DNA from: Octopus vulgaris
Taxonomy: Eukaryota
Length of the DNA: 64,000 nt
Assembly (NCBI GenBank): GCA_951406725.2
Contig: OX597825.1
Coordinates: forward strand, 18,414,001 to 18,478,000
Direction: 5' to 3'
Below are positions 14,111-28,185 of this stretch, in pieces (position 1 is the first letter of the stretch; the number at the start of each line of letters is the position of its first letter). Made by a program: the position numbers and the translations under genes. The notes beneath the pieces were generated by a model. It had not been told where the DNA came from, did not search any database, and worked only from the letters and a program-made list of their open reading frames with translations.

Positions 14111-14685
14111 TTGTATATAGTATGTATGTGTGTCCCATCACCGCTTGACAAACTGTGTTGAGTGTTTAGCTCCTCGTGACTTAACGGTTCGGCAAAAGTT
14201 ACTGATAGAATAAATAACAGACTTTGAAAAAATAGAAAACAGCTTCTAGAGTCGATATACTCGACTCAAAATTATTCAAGGCGTTGCCCCAGCGTGACCG
14301 CAGTCTAATGTCTGTAACAAATAAATGGTATGAGTTCAAATTCCGCCGAGGTTGACTTAGCCTTTCATTCTTTCAGGGCGGATTAAATAAGTACCAGTTA
14401 CGCACTGGGGTTGATGTAATCGACTTAATCCTTTTGTCTGTCCTTGTTTGTCCCCTCCATGTGTTAGCCTCTTGTGGGCAATAAAGGAATAAGATAACAC
14501 ACACACACACACACACACGCACACACACTGACTTACATATACATAAAAGCACACTCACACATATAGTATAAATACAATGAGTTCCATCCGCCAGCAAAGG
14601 ACAACGCCAGAGGAAAAGAGTTTAGCAAATTAGATACTGGCTGAACGCCTTAATAGAAAGTGTGTCTATATCTATTTCTCTCTAA

Positions 14686-15138
14686 AGCGGTGAGCTGGCA
14701 GAAACGTTAGCGCGCCGGGCGAAATGTTTAGCGATATTTCGTCTGCCGTTACGTTCTGTGTTCAAATTCCGCCGAGGTCGACTTTGCCTTTCATCCTTTC
14801 GGGGTCGATAAATAAAGTACGAGTTACACACTGGGGTCGATGTAATTGACTTAACCTTTTAGTGTTCAGATTACTCTGTTAAATGTAATACTTTTCCACT
14901 CAAATGTTTTGAATTAATCATGCATTATCTTATATCTTTGAGGTTTCAATGATGTGATTGTTTATATTTGGAATGACATTGTCGGGTAGGTGTGAGAGGC
15001 CAGATATTGCCAATTTGAATATAAAACATGTAGAATATCTGGGCCAGATATGGCCGGTTTAAACACTAAAGGGTTAATCCCTTTATCTGTCCCTGTTTGT
15101 CCCTCTATGTTTAGCTCCTTGTGGGCAATAAAGAAATA
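14686..15138 (+). mobile_element. SINE of the 46174 family split by a piggyBac-type MITE
   Basis: Head GCGGTGAGCTGGCAGAAACGTTAGC at 14687; the tail resumes after 15073. Confidence 0.9.
14855..15073. mobile_element. piggyBac-type MITE
   Basis: TTAA TSD on both sides; TIRs CCTTTTAGTGTT / AACACTAAAGGG. Confidence 0.9.
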
Positions 15139-15217
15139 TAAATCTATTTCTTCTTTTTCTCTCCCTCTCGTTTACTCCTGTTTTATCCCATCTTTTTGGT
15201 CATATTCTCTTTCACCC

Positions 15218-15590
15218 TTTTACATGTTTCAGTCATTTGACTGTGGCCATCCTGGAGCACCGCCTTTAATCGATCGAAAAGTCGACCACAGGACTTATTC
15301 CTTGTAAGCCTAGTCCTTATTCTATTAGTCTCTTTTGCCGAACCGCTAGGTTACGGTGACGTAAACATACCAGCGTGTTGGGAGGACAAACACTTACACA
15401 CAGACATATACACATACATACACATATATATGACGAGCTTCTTTCAGTTCCGTCTACCAAATCCACCCACAAGGCTTTGGTCGTCCCGAGGCTATAGTAG
15501 AAGAAACTTGCCCAAGGTATCACGCAGTGGGACTGAATCCGGAGCCATGTGGTTCGTAAGCAAACCACTTAACACAGCAACTCCTACGCC
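15218..15590 (-). mobile_element. SINE of the 8213 family
   Basis: Reverse complement of 8213-8617. Confidence 0.85.
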
Positions 15591-16106
15591 TATACCCCGT
15601 TGTTTTGTTTTGCTTTGTTTTTCTTCCAGTGTATCATTCTAATATGGCGACATTTCAAATTAATATCAGACTCCCTTTTCTATCGCGCCTCTTATTTTTA
15701 TACATTTTTTTATATATTCATAAATCTATTTGTATTGAGAAGCGCACTGATACACATAGTTATCAAAAACTGTTGTCATAAATAGTTGCCTTTGCTCTTT
15801 AGTATTAAGTCAGGCCTGACGGAGCAAGGCTACGCGTTAGATCAAAGTTTACGATATCTATTCATTTTCGTCCTTTTTGTTGTTTTTTCGGTCGTCAATG
15901 TTGCAGAATTTTTTTTATTTTATTCGTCAGTAAGAAATTCGAAAGGCAGCAGAAGAGTGAGGGTTTGTAGTATTCTCGAACAGCAATTCGAGTAACGTAA
16001 CTAGGAGTGTGGATGCGGGACAGTCGTGGTGAATGGCGGATAATCCGCCCTGGGAGACATTTCTATGGGCACAGCACTTTTGGGGCTACTGTATAAGCCT
16101 TTATAG

Positions 16107-16307
16107 CAGTGCTTTTCAAACTTTTTGCTGGAACGGAACCCCAAGGAAACATTCTAGTGGATCGAGGAACCCCTGTGGAATAATTTAATAGTCTTATGCA
16201 CACATATCTGTACAGGAGAATTAAAAATTACTGCCGATTTTAGCAGTTTTGTAACTTCTTGCGGAACCCCTGGACTGTACTGGCGGAACCCTGGTTGAAA
16301 ACCACTG
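16107..16307. mobile_element. hAT (Charlie-like) MITE
   Basis: TIRs CAGTGCTTTTCAA / TTGAAAACCACTG. Perfect 8-bp TSD CTTTATAG. Subterminal GGAACCC repeats. Confidence 0.93.
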
Positions 16308-16754
16308 CTTTATAGCATCGCTTCTCAACCGCGGCCCTCAGGCACTCTTCCCATTCCGCGGTCTTCAAGCATCTTTTCGGTGACACACAACGTCTTCTTT
16401 CTAATAAATACTCTTTCCTCTTTTACTTGTTTCAGTCATTTGACTGCGGCCATGTTGGAGCACCGCCTTTAGTCGATCGAGCAAATCTATCCCAGGACTT
16501 ATTGTTTGTAAGCCCAGTACTTATTCTATCGGTCTGTTTTGCGGAACCGCTAAGTTACGGGGATGTAAACACACCAGCGTCGGTTGTCAAGCGATGTTGG
16601 GGGTACAAATACAGACACACAAACACACACACACACATACACACATATATATATATACATATATACGACGGGCTTCTTTTAGTTTCCTATTTCTTTATTG
16701 CCCACAAATGACTGAAACGGAAAGAAATAAAAAAAAATAAAAGATAAAAGATAA

Positions 16755-17613
16755 GTGTTTTACCCTTGGGCAGGACACTTTACTTCACGTTGCTTAAGTT
16801 CACGCGACTGTAAAAATGAATTGCGACGTCACCGGTGCCAAGCAGTATCTACCTTTGCCTTTCCCTTGGATAACATCGGAACGGTGGAGACGAGAGTCTA
16901 CTAAGCCTGGGCGACTGCTGGTCCTTAATAAAGAACCTTGCCCGAACTTGTGCCTTGAATGGGAACTTCCTAGCTGCAATCCCATGGTCATTCATGACCG
17001 AAAGATTTCCTTACCCTATTGCATGAAATACACAGGACAGAACAAAGGGATAAACATATTTCAAAGCACCAGGTGATGCATGCAGTTGACTAATATCCAA
17101 CGCACGAAACCTTTAGGTATGAAAACGAACAACCATTTATATATTTCTTTACTACCCACAAGGGGCTAAACACAGAGGGGACAAACAAGGACAGATAAAC
17201 GGATTAAGTCGATTATATCGACCCCAGTGCGTAACTGGTACTTAATTTATCGACCCCGAAAGGATGAAAGGCAAAGTCGACCTCGGCGGAATTTGAACCC
17301 AGAACGTAACGCCAGACGAAATACGGCTACGCATTTCTCCCGGCGTGCTAACGTTTCTGCCAGCCCGAACAACCATTTATAACTCGTCGTATATATTTAA
17401 GTAGAGCGATGCACGCGCATGCTTAATTTCATGTGTGTGTATGTGTGTAGGCTCGAATTTTTATGTGCTCCAAGTGGTGACTAAAATCTTGATTGCAGGC
17501 TTCATTTTCATGTGGACGTCTATTTTTTTTTTTTATGTTCTTGACCTTAATCCTTCTCCCCCCCCCCCCCAGGCACCTTCTCTGATTTTGTATTCTTCTA
17601 GGCCTTGTTTATG
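16755..17613 (+). repeat. Copy 2 of ~860 bp local direct duplication
   Basis: Near identical to 12872-13727. Confidence 0.95.
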
Positions 17614-17844
17614 CTCTATAACGTCTCACGTGGTATGAGGAAATGCTGGTGTCTTTGGCGACGGAACGGCGGGCGATATGCTATTATTACAAAGGAAGTT
17701 TTGTCAGTCTGGTTGCGAACAACGTCTGTAGTTGTGATTGTGTTATAACACGGAGACAGAAAGTGGCGGGAACGGTTGAGATTTTTTCCATGTCACACTT
17801 CATAGCTTCTACCAGACGTTGCTTTCTTTTACAGTGCTGTGCTA

Positions 17845-18060
17845 TGACTACCACTATTACTACTATCACTACTACTACTATTATAGCTATTACTACATCA
17901 TAGGCTACAACTACTGCAGCTCCTACTGCAACCGCTACTGCTGCAGTTGATGATATTGTTGCTAGTTCTGGTGGTGGTGGTGGTGGTGGTGGTGCTAATG
18001 TCGTTGCGGCTGCTGCGGCCTCAGCTGCTGCTGATGCTGACAGTACTTCTGTTGCTGCAT

Positions 18061-18102
<42 letters not shown>

Positions 18103-18264
18103 CAACGCTACTACTACTACTACTACACCACCACCACCACCACCACTACTACTACTACTACTACCAACGCTACTACTACTACTACTACCACCACCACCAC
18201 CACCACTACTACTACCACCACCACCACCACCACCACCACCACTACTACTACCACCACCACCACC

Positions 18265-18302
<38 letters not shown>

Positions 18303-18329
18303 CACTACCACCGACGCTACTAGTACCAT

Positions 18330-18376
<47 letters not shown>

Positions 18377-18492
18377 ATACCACTACTACTGTTGCTGCTG
18401 CTGCTGCTGCCCCTATTGCAATTTTATGTTTATCGGCAAAAGTTACAATCTGTGGCCTCTACGTTGTCACCGCTGCTGCAGTTTGATATTGA

Positions 18493-18542
<50 letters not shown>

Positions 18543-19455
18543 TTACTACTACTACGTTGTTTGGTTTGTTGTCATTAGTTATATAGGTGCTAGTTTGCTA
18601 AAACGACAGCCAAATCTCTATTTACGTCGTAAAAGAAGGACATGTTGGTATATGACACAAGTCTTTGAAAGAGGAGTGAAAGACAATGAATGAGCGAATG
18701 AGTGAGTGAGTGAGTGAGTGAATGAGTGAATGAGTGAGTGACTGAGTGTGTGAGAGATTGAGAGAGTGAGTGAGTGAGAGAGAGAGAGAGAGAGAGAGTG
18801 AGTGAGTGAGTGAGTGAGAGAGAGAGAGAGAGGGAGAGATAATATAACGAGATGAAAATATTGCAGGAATTCCTTTAATTACTGTTCTTTCGATTAGGAA
18901 TCACCTGGGGCTAATACAACAACAAAAACAACAAAAAGAAACAAACAAACACAAAAGCAGCAACAACAATACCAACACCACCAGCATCACCACCACCAAC
19001 ACCACCAACAACAACAACAACAACCACAACAACATCAGCTACAATAACAAACAATAACATCGATAACTTCTCGGATCCGCCGTAGGTTTTCATTCTTACT
19101 GGGTAAAGAGAAATAGAAGCCAAATGTCCCGAAAAATCGAGTTGTATGTAGTATGGTGATTAGGAAAAAATGTGGTGGTCATGTCTGGAATGCATGCTTT
19201 GGTCATGGATCTTCCCGATTAGAGCGGGGCTTCCGGCGAAACAACAACAACTAATTGTTGTTACTAATGCTGTTGCTATTACTACTGCGACTGTCGCTAC
19301 TACTTCTACTACTACTAATACCACTACTACTGCTGCTGCCGCTGCTGCTACTGAGGCTACTGCTGCTCATATTATTACTATTTCTGCTGCTCCTGCTGCT
19401 GCTACTACTACAACAACTACTACTACAAGTACTACTATTACTACACCTACTACTT

Positions 19456-19510
<55 letters not shown>

Positions 19511-19536
19511 AACTACTACTACAAGTACTACTATTA

Positions 19537-19573
<37 letters not shown>

Positions 19574-19619
19574 CGATGTTGCTAATACTACTACCACTAT
19601 TGCTGCTGCTGTTATAACG

Positions 19620-19678
<59 letters not shown>

Positions 19679-19833
19679 CACTACTACTGTTGCTACTATT
19701 ACTAGTAGTAGTACTACTGATGCTGCTGCTACTGCCACTGCTAATAATACTACGACTATTGCGGCTGCTGCTCTAACTACTACTACTACTACTACTACTA
19801 CTAATACAACCACTACTGCTGCTGCTGCTGCTA

Positions 19834-19873
<40 letters not shown>

Positions 19874-19905
19874 ATACAACCACTACTGCTGCTGCTGCTG
19901 CTCTA

Positions 19906-19936
<31 letters not shown>

Positions 19937-19967
19937 ACTAATACAACCACTACTGCTGCTGATGTAG

Positions 19968-20020
<53 letters not shown>

Positions 20021-20075
20021 CTAACTGCTATCGCTGCTGCTTCTATGTCTACTGTTGCTGCTAGATATTTGTGTA
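17845..20075. repeat. Compound triplet microsatellite field (ACT/ACC/GCT)n with (GAGT/GA)n
   Basis: Seen directly; source of poly-T/L/V/Y ORFs. Confidence 0.95.
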
Positions 20076-20620
20076 ACGTAAATCGTGGATGCTCTGCTAC
20101 TTCTGTCTTCTCTACAACTACACACCTTATAACCGTTTCCACCTGACTGAATTCAGCTTGATGTTGTTTGCTTGCCTCGCCGCTTGTCCCCCTGTGACAG
20201 AGGCAAAATCATCGGCGCAGGCCTGGATGTGTGATTAAGCATCTTGCTTTACAACCACGTGTGGAGGCACGTGGCTTGGTGGTTAATGCGTTAGCATCAT
20301 GATTGTAAGATTGTGGTTTCGATTCCTGGACCGGGCGACGCGTTGTGTTCTTGAGCAAAGGATTTCATTTCGCGTTGCTCCAGTCCACTCAGCTGGCAAA
20401 AATGAGTAACGCTGCGATGGACTGGCGTCCCGTCCAGCTGGGGAACACATACACCATAGAAACCGGGAAACCGGGAAACCGGGCCCATGAGCCTAGCTAG
20501 GCTTTAAAAGAGCGCATTTATTTTTTTTATTTTGCAACCACGTGGTTTCGGGTTCAGTCCCATTGCGCGGCACCTTGAGTGGATTTTGTAGACGGAAGCT
20601 GTTTGTAATACCGTCGTGTG

Positions 20621-20670
<50 letters not shown>

Positions 20671-21024
20671 TGTGTGTGTATGTGTGTGTGTTTGTAGTTG
20701 TCACCAATCTCGCTGAAAATTCGGTGTTTGTTTACATCTCCGTAACCTAGCGGTTCAGCCAAAAAATCCGTTAGTGTAAGTAGCAGGCTTAAAATTAATA
20801 ACTGGGATTGAATTGTTGAACTAAACTCCTTAAGGTGGTGCTCCAGTATGTCCGCAATCCAATGACTGAAAGAAGTAAAGGATAAAATATGTACATATCT
20901 TTTTCTTTTTTTTTTTGATGTTTGCCGAACTGCTTGGCAAACAACGTTGGTTTGTTTTGAACCTGTAGCCAAGTAATTCGGCGAAGAATAACCGGTCAGA
21001 TAACTCCTTCGTAATTCATTTCTC

Positions 21025-21335
21025 GTGGAGGCACATGGCCTAATGGTTAGAGCAGCGGACTCGCGGTCGAGGGATCACGGGTTCGAATCTCAGACCGGGC
21101 GATGTGTGTGTTTATGAACGAAACACCTAAGCTCCACGCGGCTCCGGCAGAAGTTAATGGCGAACTTCTGCTGACTCTTTCGCCACAACTTTCTCTCACT
21201 CTTTCCTCCTGCATCTTGCAGCTCACCTGCGACGGACCGGCGTCCCGTCCAGGTGGGTAACCTATATGCCAAGGAAATCGGGAAACCGGCCCTTATGAGC
21301 CAGGCGTGGCTCGAGAAGGAACAAAGAACAAAACA
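21025..21335 (+). mobile_element. Full-length tRNA(Arg-like)-derived SINE
   Basis: A box TGGCCTAATGG, B box GGTTCGAATCT, tail GAAGGAACAAAGAACAA. Copies at 27282, 53490 and 6338. Confidence 0.9.
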
Positions 21336-21366
21336 AATCTTTTCTCATTGAAGGAGTCCAATGGAG

Positions 21367-21765
21367 CTTCTTCTTCTTCTTCTTCTTCTTCTTCTTCTTC
21401 TTCTTCTTCTTCTTCTTCTTCTTCTTCTTCTTCTTCTTCTTCTTCTTCTTCTTTGTCTTCTTCTTCTTCTTTGTCTTCTTCTTCTTCTTTGTTTTCTTCT
21501 TCGTCTTCTTCTTCTTCTTCTTCTTCTTCTTCTTCTTCTTCGTCTTCTTCGTCTTCTTCTTCTTCTTCTTTGTCTTCTTCTTATTATTATTCTTCTCCTC
21601 CTCCTCCTCCTCCTCGTTCTTCTTCTTCTTCTTCTTCTTCTTCTTCTTCTTCTTCTTCTGCTGCTGCTGCTACTACTACTATTACAGCTGCTGCTGCTAC
21701 CACCGCTAGTGCTGCTACTGTTGTTGTTGTTGTTACTGCTCCTGCTGCTGTCGCTACTACTACTA
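21367..21765. repeat. (CTT)n/(CTG)n microsatellite
   Basis: Seen directly. Confidence 0.97.
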
Positions 21766-21970
21766 TTTATGGATTTGTCAACGGCGGAAATAGGTTATTT
21801 ATGGCTTTTTTTTTCTGGGGTCATTTTGAGATTTGGGAAAGAGAGGGGTGTAAGCACCCGAAGAATAACTGACATCCAGAAAAGTTTTGGCGCCGACTAT
21901 TTAACGTCGCTGATTCGACGTTGACTTATTTGACCGCAGATGTTTTACTGCTTCTCTCGTTCTCGTCCCC

Positions 21971-22044
<74 letters not shown>

Positions 22045-23169
22045 TTGTCTGTTTATGTATTCGTGTGAGGAGATGGAAAATACTTAGGTCAACAGTGTTC
22101 AATTAATGAATCGTATTATCTCTTTCACCCCCACTTCTCTCTGCTTCTGTATATGACCATATTTTTCTTTATGTAAATGAGAATTTATTAATTCATTAAT
22201 CAATATTTTGTAAGGTCTCCAAGGCTTTGTAAGGTCTACAACGACGGGCAAAATGTTTAGCAGCATTTCGTCCGCCTTTACGTTCTGAGTTCAAATTCAG
22301 CCGAGGTCGACTTTGTCTTTCATCCTTTTTGAGTCGATGAAATAAATCCCATTTGAGTACTGGGGCCAATGTAATCTACTCATCCACGCCACCGAAATTG
22401 TCCTTTTGCCAAAATTTTAAACCAGTAATTTGTAAGGTCTCTATTTTTCTCACAGTGTGTCTGTATGTCTCTGTATTTCTCTCTGTTTCTGTGTGTGAGA
22501 ATATTTCTCTGTATTTATAACGAGGGTAATAAATTGTAAAATCGTTCTCTCTCTTTCTATCTGCATGTGTATAACTCTGCGTGCGCGTGTGCTTGTGTAT
22601 CCTTCCAGAGCCAAAATCTACTGTCGCCAAAGCAGGTTCAGTGTCCAGTCAGTCGTGTCAAATCATCAGTATCCAAACTGCTGCGCCCAGTCGGCTCCTT
22701 CGGAGAAAACTCTGAGTATAAAATAAAGCAGCAACAAATTGGATTATCGTCACGGAAACACGGTCTAAATATTTCCAATAGAGTGTGGACAACGGTCAAA
22801 GAACAGCGTGTTAAGTACAGCATACAATAAATGCAGAAACCATATACGATTGCCAGTGCTGTCTTGAGTCTAAACACACTGGTCAGTTGGTTGAGCATTC
22901 CACAGGTCTACGGGCCCAGTGCTAACCTATATTAGCCTTGGTGTGTATGTAGAGACCTCTCTTCATTATTTTGACCTGGGATAGGTGTTCTTTAGACGGA
23001 CGGCTAAGCCGATGGGCGGTTCTGCACAGGAACTCCTCAAATCCAATTTCACAGCAAATGCTTGGTTGGTCCTTCGACCAAGTTAAGAAAAAAACTTGCT
23101 TAAGGAAATACGCAGTGGAATTGAATTACATAACCATGACTATTACGTATGAAGTGTAATTCTTCACCA

Positions 23170-23895
23170 AACCACCACTACCATCACTTATGCTGCAGCA
23201 GCTGCTGCTACTACTACTATTAGTACTACTGCTGCTGCTACTGCTCCTGTTATTGCTGTTGCTGCTGCTGTTGTTGTTGCTGCCGCATTTGCTGCTGTGG
23301 TGCTGCTGCTGTTCTGCTGTGCTTCTGCTGCCGATGCTATGGGCATTGTTATTGCTGCGATAGCTGCTCCTCACCGTCGCGTAACAATCAGTTACCTTAA
23401 AGCTCTACGAAACACTACTATCAGAACTAAAACCGCTCATAACACTACCTTCACCACCATCACTACCACCATCATCAAAGCCACAACCACCACCACTATG
23501 AGTACCAGCAGCACCACCACCATCACCACCATCATCCAAACCACAACCACCACCACCATCACCACCATCATCCAAACCACAATCACCATCAATATCACCA
23601 CGACCACCATCACCATCATCAAAACCACAACCACCACCACTATCACCACCACCACCAACACCATCATCATCAACCACAACCACCACCACTATCAACACCA
23701 CCACCACCACCACCACCATCATCAGAACCACAAACACCACCACTATCAACACCACCACCACCACCACCACCACCATTATCACCACTATCCCCACCACCAC
23801 CACCACCATCAAAACCACCACCACCACCACCACCACCATCATCAAAACCACAACCACCACCACCACCACCACCACACTACAACCACCACCATTAT

Positions 23896-23927
<32 letters not shown>

Positions 23928-24055
23928 CATCAACAAAAATAACAAAACATTCGCTACCGCTGAGGTTGTTTTGGTTATATTTAAGCAACACAGTTAGTGT
24001 AACGTTGTTGTGAAGCATGAGAGTGTTGTTGATTTTGATGGTGTTGTTGATATCG

Positions 24056-24091
<36 letters not shown>

Positions 24092-24735
24092 CTGGTGCTG
24101 GTGTCGGTGATAATTTCTACAGACAGAAGTTGTTGCGACGAAAGCGGCGGCATTTCCGTAATGGCGACAAAGAGAACAGCTGTCGCGGTTGCACTCTTGT
24201 TTACTTCTGACGAAGAACGATGGTGATGACAATGTTGATGATGACGGTAGTGATGACAGGAATATATAGGTGGAGATGAAAGAAGTGGCGTTAGTAAATA
24301 TGGCGGCGATGATGGTGATGATGATGATGATGATGATCATCATCATCATCATCATCATATTCACCATCATCGTTATTATCATCATAGTCATCATCATCAT
24401 CATCATTGTTATCATTATCCCCTCCTCTGCTTCCTCCCCTTCCTCCTTCTCCCCTCCATCTTCATCATTACCTCTCCTCCTCATTATCATTACCGTTCTT
24501 CTTCTTCCTCCCCTTCCTCCTGCTCCTCCCCTCCATCCCCATCATTACCTCTCCTCATTATCATTATCGTTCTTCTTCTTTTGCCTCCCCTTCCTCTTCC
24601 ACTTCATCCTCATCATTACCTCTCTTCCTCATTATCATTATCGTTCTTCTTCTTCTTCTTCTTCTTCTTCTTCTTCTTCTTCTTCTTCTTCTTCTTCTCC
24701 TCCTCCTCCTCCTCCTCCTCATTATCATCGTCATC
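23170..24735. repeat. Compound (CAC/CAT/CAA/CTT)n microsatellite field
   Basis: Seen directly; source of poly-H/T ORFs. Confidence 0.95.
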
Positions 24736-24743
24736 TATTTTAC

Positions 24744-25694
24744 TGGGGCCCAGTTAGAATTTTCTTCAGTTTGAGTAACCCATCCCGCTCAAAAGGTCCC
24801 TGAATAATGGTTGTTTAAGGATGTTGAACGAAACACCCATGTTTCCAGAGGTGGATTATTCAAACCCTCTCAACACATGGCTATGATGCTCCCCCACTAC
24901 TTCTGCTCGTGATCAGAGATGCACATATCGTCAGCCACTAAGGGACATGCTCAACTGGTTATGGTCAAACAACTGACAAGCAAATCTGTGGTATTGAGCA
25001 GAATATTTGCTGTAGCCCATCTTTTATACCAAGACAAAACAATGTACATGATAACACTTCCAATCAGTTAGGATCAGAAGCCATGAGAGCCACTGCCTGG
25101 TACTGCAGCAGGGCATTTATTATTATTATTATTATTGAGTGAGCGAGCAGAGCATGCCATTAAAGTGACACTGGGGTAAGATATACGAAGCCCAGTATAC
25201 CCATCATGACTACCCGTCTGATAAGGGTACACCAGGCACATGCATCACAACGATATGTGCGCGACATGGTGATCTCATATCAAGATAAACAGCACATGAC
25301 CTTGCAGGTGGAGCCCAGTTAGAATTTTCTTCAAATCGAGTAACACATCCCGCTCAAAAGGTCCCTGAATAAGGGTTGTTTAAGGACGTTGAACGAAACA
25401 CCCATGTTTCCAGAGGTGAATTATTCAAACCCCAAATAATCCTTCTCAACACATGGCTATGATGCTCCCCCACTACTTCTGCTCGTGATCCGAGATGCAC
25501 ATATCGTCAGCCACTAAGGGACATGCTCAACTGGTTAAGGTCAAACAACTGACAAGCAAATCTGTGGTATTGAGCAGAATATTTGCTGTAGCCCATCTTT
25601 TATACCAAGACAAAACAATGTACATGATAACACTTCCAATCAGTTAAGATCAGAAGCCATGAGAGCCACTGCCTGGAACTGCATCAGGGCATTT
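24744..25694. mobile_element. Two head-to-tail copies (one truncated) of a ~557 bp non-coding element bounded by (TTA)n
   Basis: 24744-25118 matches ~25310-25694. The full copy 25137-25694 has (TTA)n on both sides. Confidence 0.8.
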
Positions 25695-25700
25695 ATTATA

Positions 25701-25769
<69 letters not shown>

Positions 25770-26071
25770 CATATTGTAGAAACTATACTCAAGGTGTACT
25801 GAGAAACTCCTAACGTAGATCCAGCGACGATTGTGCAATTACCGTGGATGACACCAGGTAGCCAGAGGCAGTGAATGTGCTTTGTCGATATACTGCCAGC
25901 GACATACCAAACAGGCAAAGTTTGAATTAACACTTTAATTTCAACTTATATGTACATATATGTATGCACACACGCACATATGGGCGTATGTGTTTTTGTG
26001 TGGATGTGTATACATACATATATATATATCTATATATATATATATATATAAATGTGTGTGTGTGTGTGTGT

Positions 26072-26383
26072 GTGGAGGCGCAATGGCCCTGTGGTTAGGG
26101 CAGCGGACTCGCGGTCGTAGGATCGCGGTTTCGATTCCCAGACCGGGCGTTGTGAGTGTTTATTGAGCGAAAACACCTAAAAGAACCACGAGGCTCCGGC
26201 AGGGGGGGGGGGGGTGATCCCTGCTGTACTCTTTCACCACTCTTTCTCTCATTCTTTCTTCGGTTGGCCTGCTCGCTTAGCCAGCGGGGTGGCGTCATTC
26301 GAAGGCTAAAACAATGCAAACGCATTGTGACTGGCGATGTGTAGCAACATCTGATGCTCTGGTCGGTCACGTGATCACGTGAT

Positions 26384-26385
<2 letters not shown>
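26072..26385 (+). mobile_element. tRNA-derived SINE, variant tail
   Basis: Head GTGGAGGCGCAATGGCCCTGTGGTTAGGGCAGCGGACTCGCGGTC. The tail GGCCTGCTCGCTTAGCCAGCGG...GGTCGGTCACG also occurs at 3485-3596. Confidence 0.85.
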
Positions 26386-26419
<34 letters not shown>

Positions 26420-27281
26420 TATACACACACGCACACACATGCACACACACACATATATAACACCGTCTAATAATTTAACGAAAACCAAGAATGCTAACTA
26501 TCCAACATTGAATACAGTATATTGTTCTAACAATCATACTTAAATTATCTTAAATTAAGGCATTACTCATTGGCAATAATTTTTAAAATATTCATTAGTT
26601 TTGCATAAATTCTTAAATAGCTTAATTATACCTCTTTTCGGTTTTGAAATTATTTGTAGTGCGTAATTTAAACTCTTGTATGAATATTGTTTAAGCTACC
26701 AAATCAAATTGGTTTTAGTGACTATTATTGGATTATTCCTATAGTTTCACTAATATATATGTGTCTTCTTGTTTCTAACGAATATATTCTGTATAGATAA
26801 CAATTACAAAAAAAAAAAAAAAAAAAATTATACTTTTTGTTCAAAGCACCTATCTTCCCGTGTCTAATTATTTCTACTTGAAACCGAATTATCTTGAGAT
26901 TTTCAGTGTCGTATGAATTAGTCATCACAGTCAATAGTATTAACATTTTTACTATTTCGAATATCAAATAGGAAGATTTAATTTTATTTTGGAGTATGCG
27001 TGCGTATGTGTGTGTGTGTGTGTGTATGTGTGTGTGTGTGCATAATTGTTTCACTGTAAACAGAAATAAGTAAATCAAATCATAATATACGAATATTTAG
27101 TATATGTCTAGTATACACACACACGCACACACACAGACACACACATGCACACGCACACACGTACACACACACACACACACCCAAACATACGTAATCATTT
27201 CACTGTTAATAAAGATAGGTCAAAGATCTGCTGCTAAAATATATCGAAACTAAAGTTTTAGACCTCACTAATAAATATTCC

Positions 27282-27548
27282 GAGGCACATGGCCTAGTGG
27301 TTAGAGCAGCGAACTCGCGGTCGAGGGATCACGGGTTCGAATCTCAGACCGGGTGATGTGTGTGTTTATATGAGCGAAATACCTAAGCTCCACGCGACTC
27401 CGGCAGAAGGTAATGGCGAACTTCTGTTGACTCTTTCGTCACAACTTTCTCTCACTCTTTCCTCCTGCACCTTGCAGCTCACTTGCGACGGACCGGTATC
27501 CCGTCCAGGTGGGGAACCTATACGCCAAGGAAACCGGGAAACCGGCCT
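27282..27548 (+). mobile_element. SINE of the 21025 family
   Basis: Closely matches 21025-21292. Confidence 0.9.
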
Positions 27549-27813
27549 TTATATATATATTATTCAAAGGAATTCCAACGCTCTGTCTGTTTTTTATGTT
27601 TTATTTTTATTCTTTATAATATTAATGTAACATATATAGAATATATAGTATAAATAGTATATATAGTAAAGTGAAATCAAGTATTGAATATCAAATATTA
27701 ATGGATTGGTATACTTTCTTGCATTTAAGCAGTCTACAGGGTCCCAGGTTGTGACAGGAATGTTTCAACTAAGAGTTATACGTTCTTGTCCATGTTGTAT
27801 TTTTCTACATACC

Positions 27814-27869
<56 letters not shown>

Positions 27870-28138
27870 GATATAAAACCACTATTAGGCAAATCATACA
27901 ATGAAAAACTCAAGCCAATACATAAGATTAATTAATTTATATTTTTTAAATATATAACAAAAATTATTTAAAAAAAAATATAATTATATAACACTAATTT
28001 TTAAAATAATGTTGATATATATTTAAAATAATAGTGGTTTTATCTCTAATTTAATATAATATAATATTTTACTATAAAATTGGATTCAATCCTAAATCTG
28101 ATTTTTCCCTGTAAGTTTGGATTTATTCCCTAATATTT

Positions 28139-28185
<47 letters not shown>

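Noticed and set aside
21025-21100. Apparent tRNA genes (also 26072, 27282, 37699, 53490)
   Set aside because: No complete acceptor stem; each continues into a SINE or pLTR body.
22638-22898. 86-aa minus-strand ORF
   Set aside because: No recognisable domain or convincing splice context.
27864-28055. ~21-bp inverted repeat pair in AT-rich sequence
   Set aside because: No TSD; embedded in (TA)n and probably a repeat remnant.
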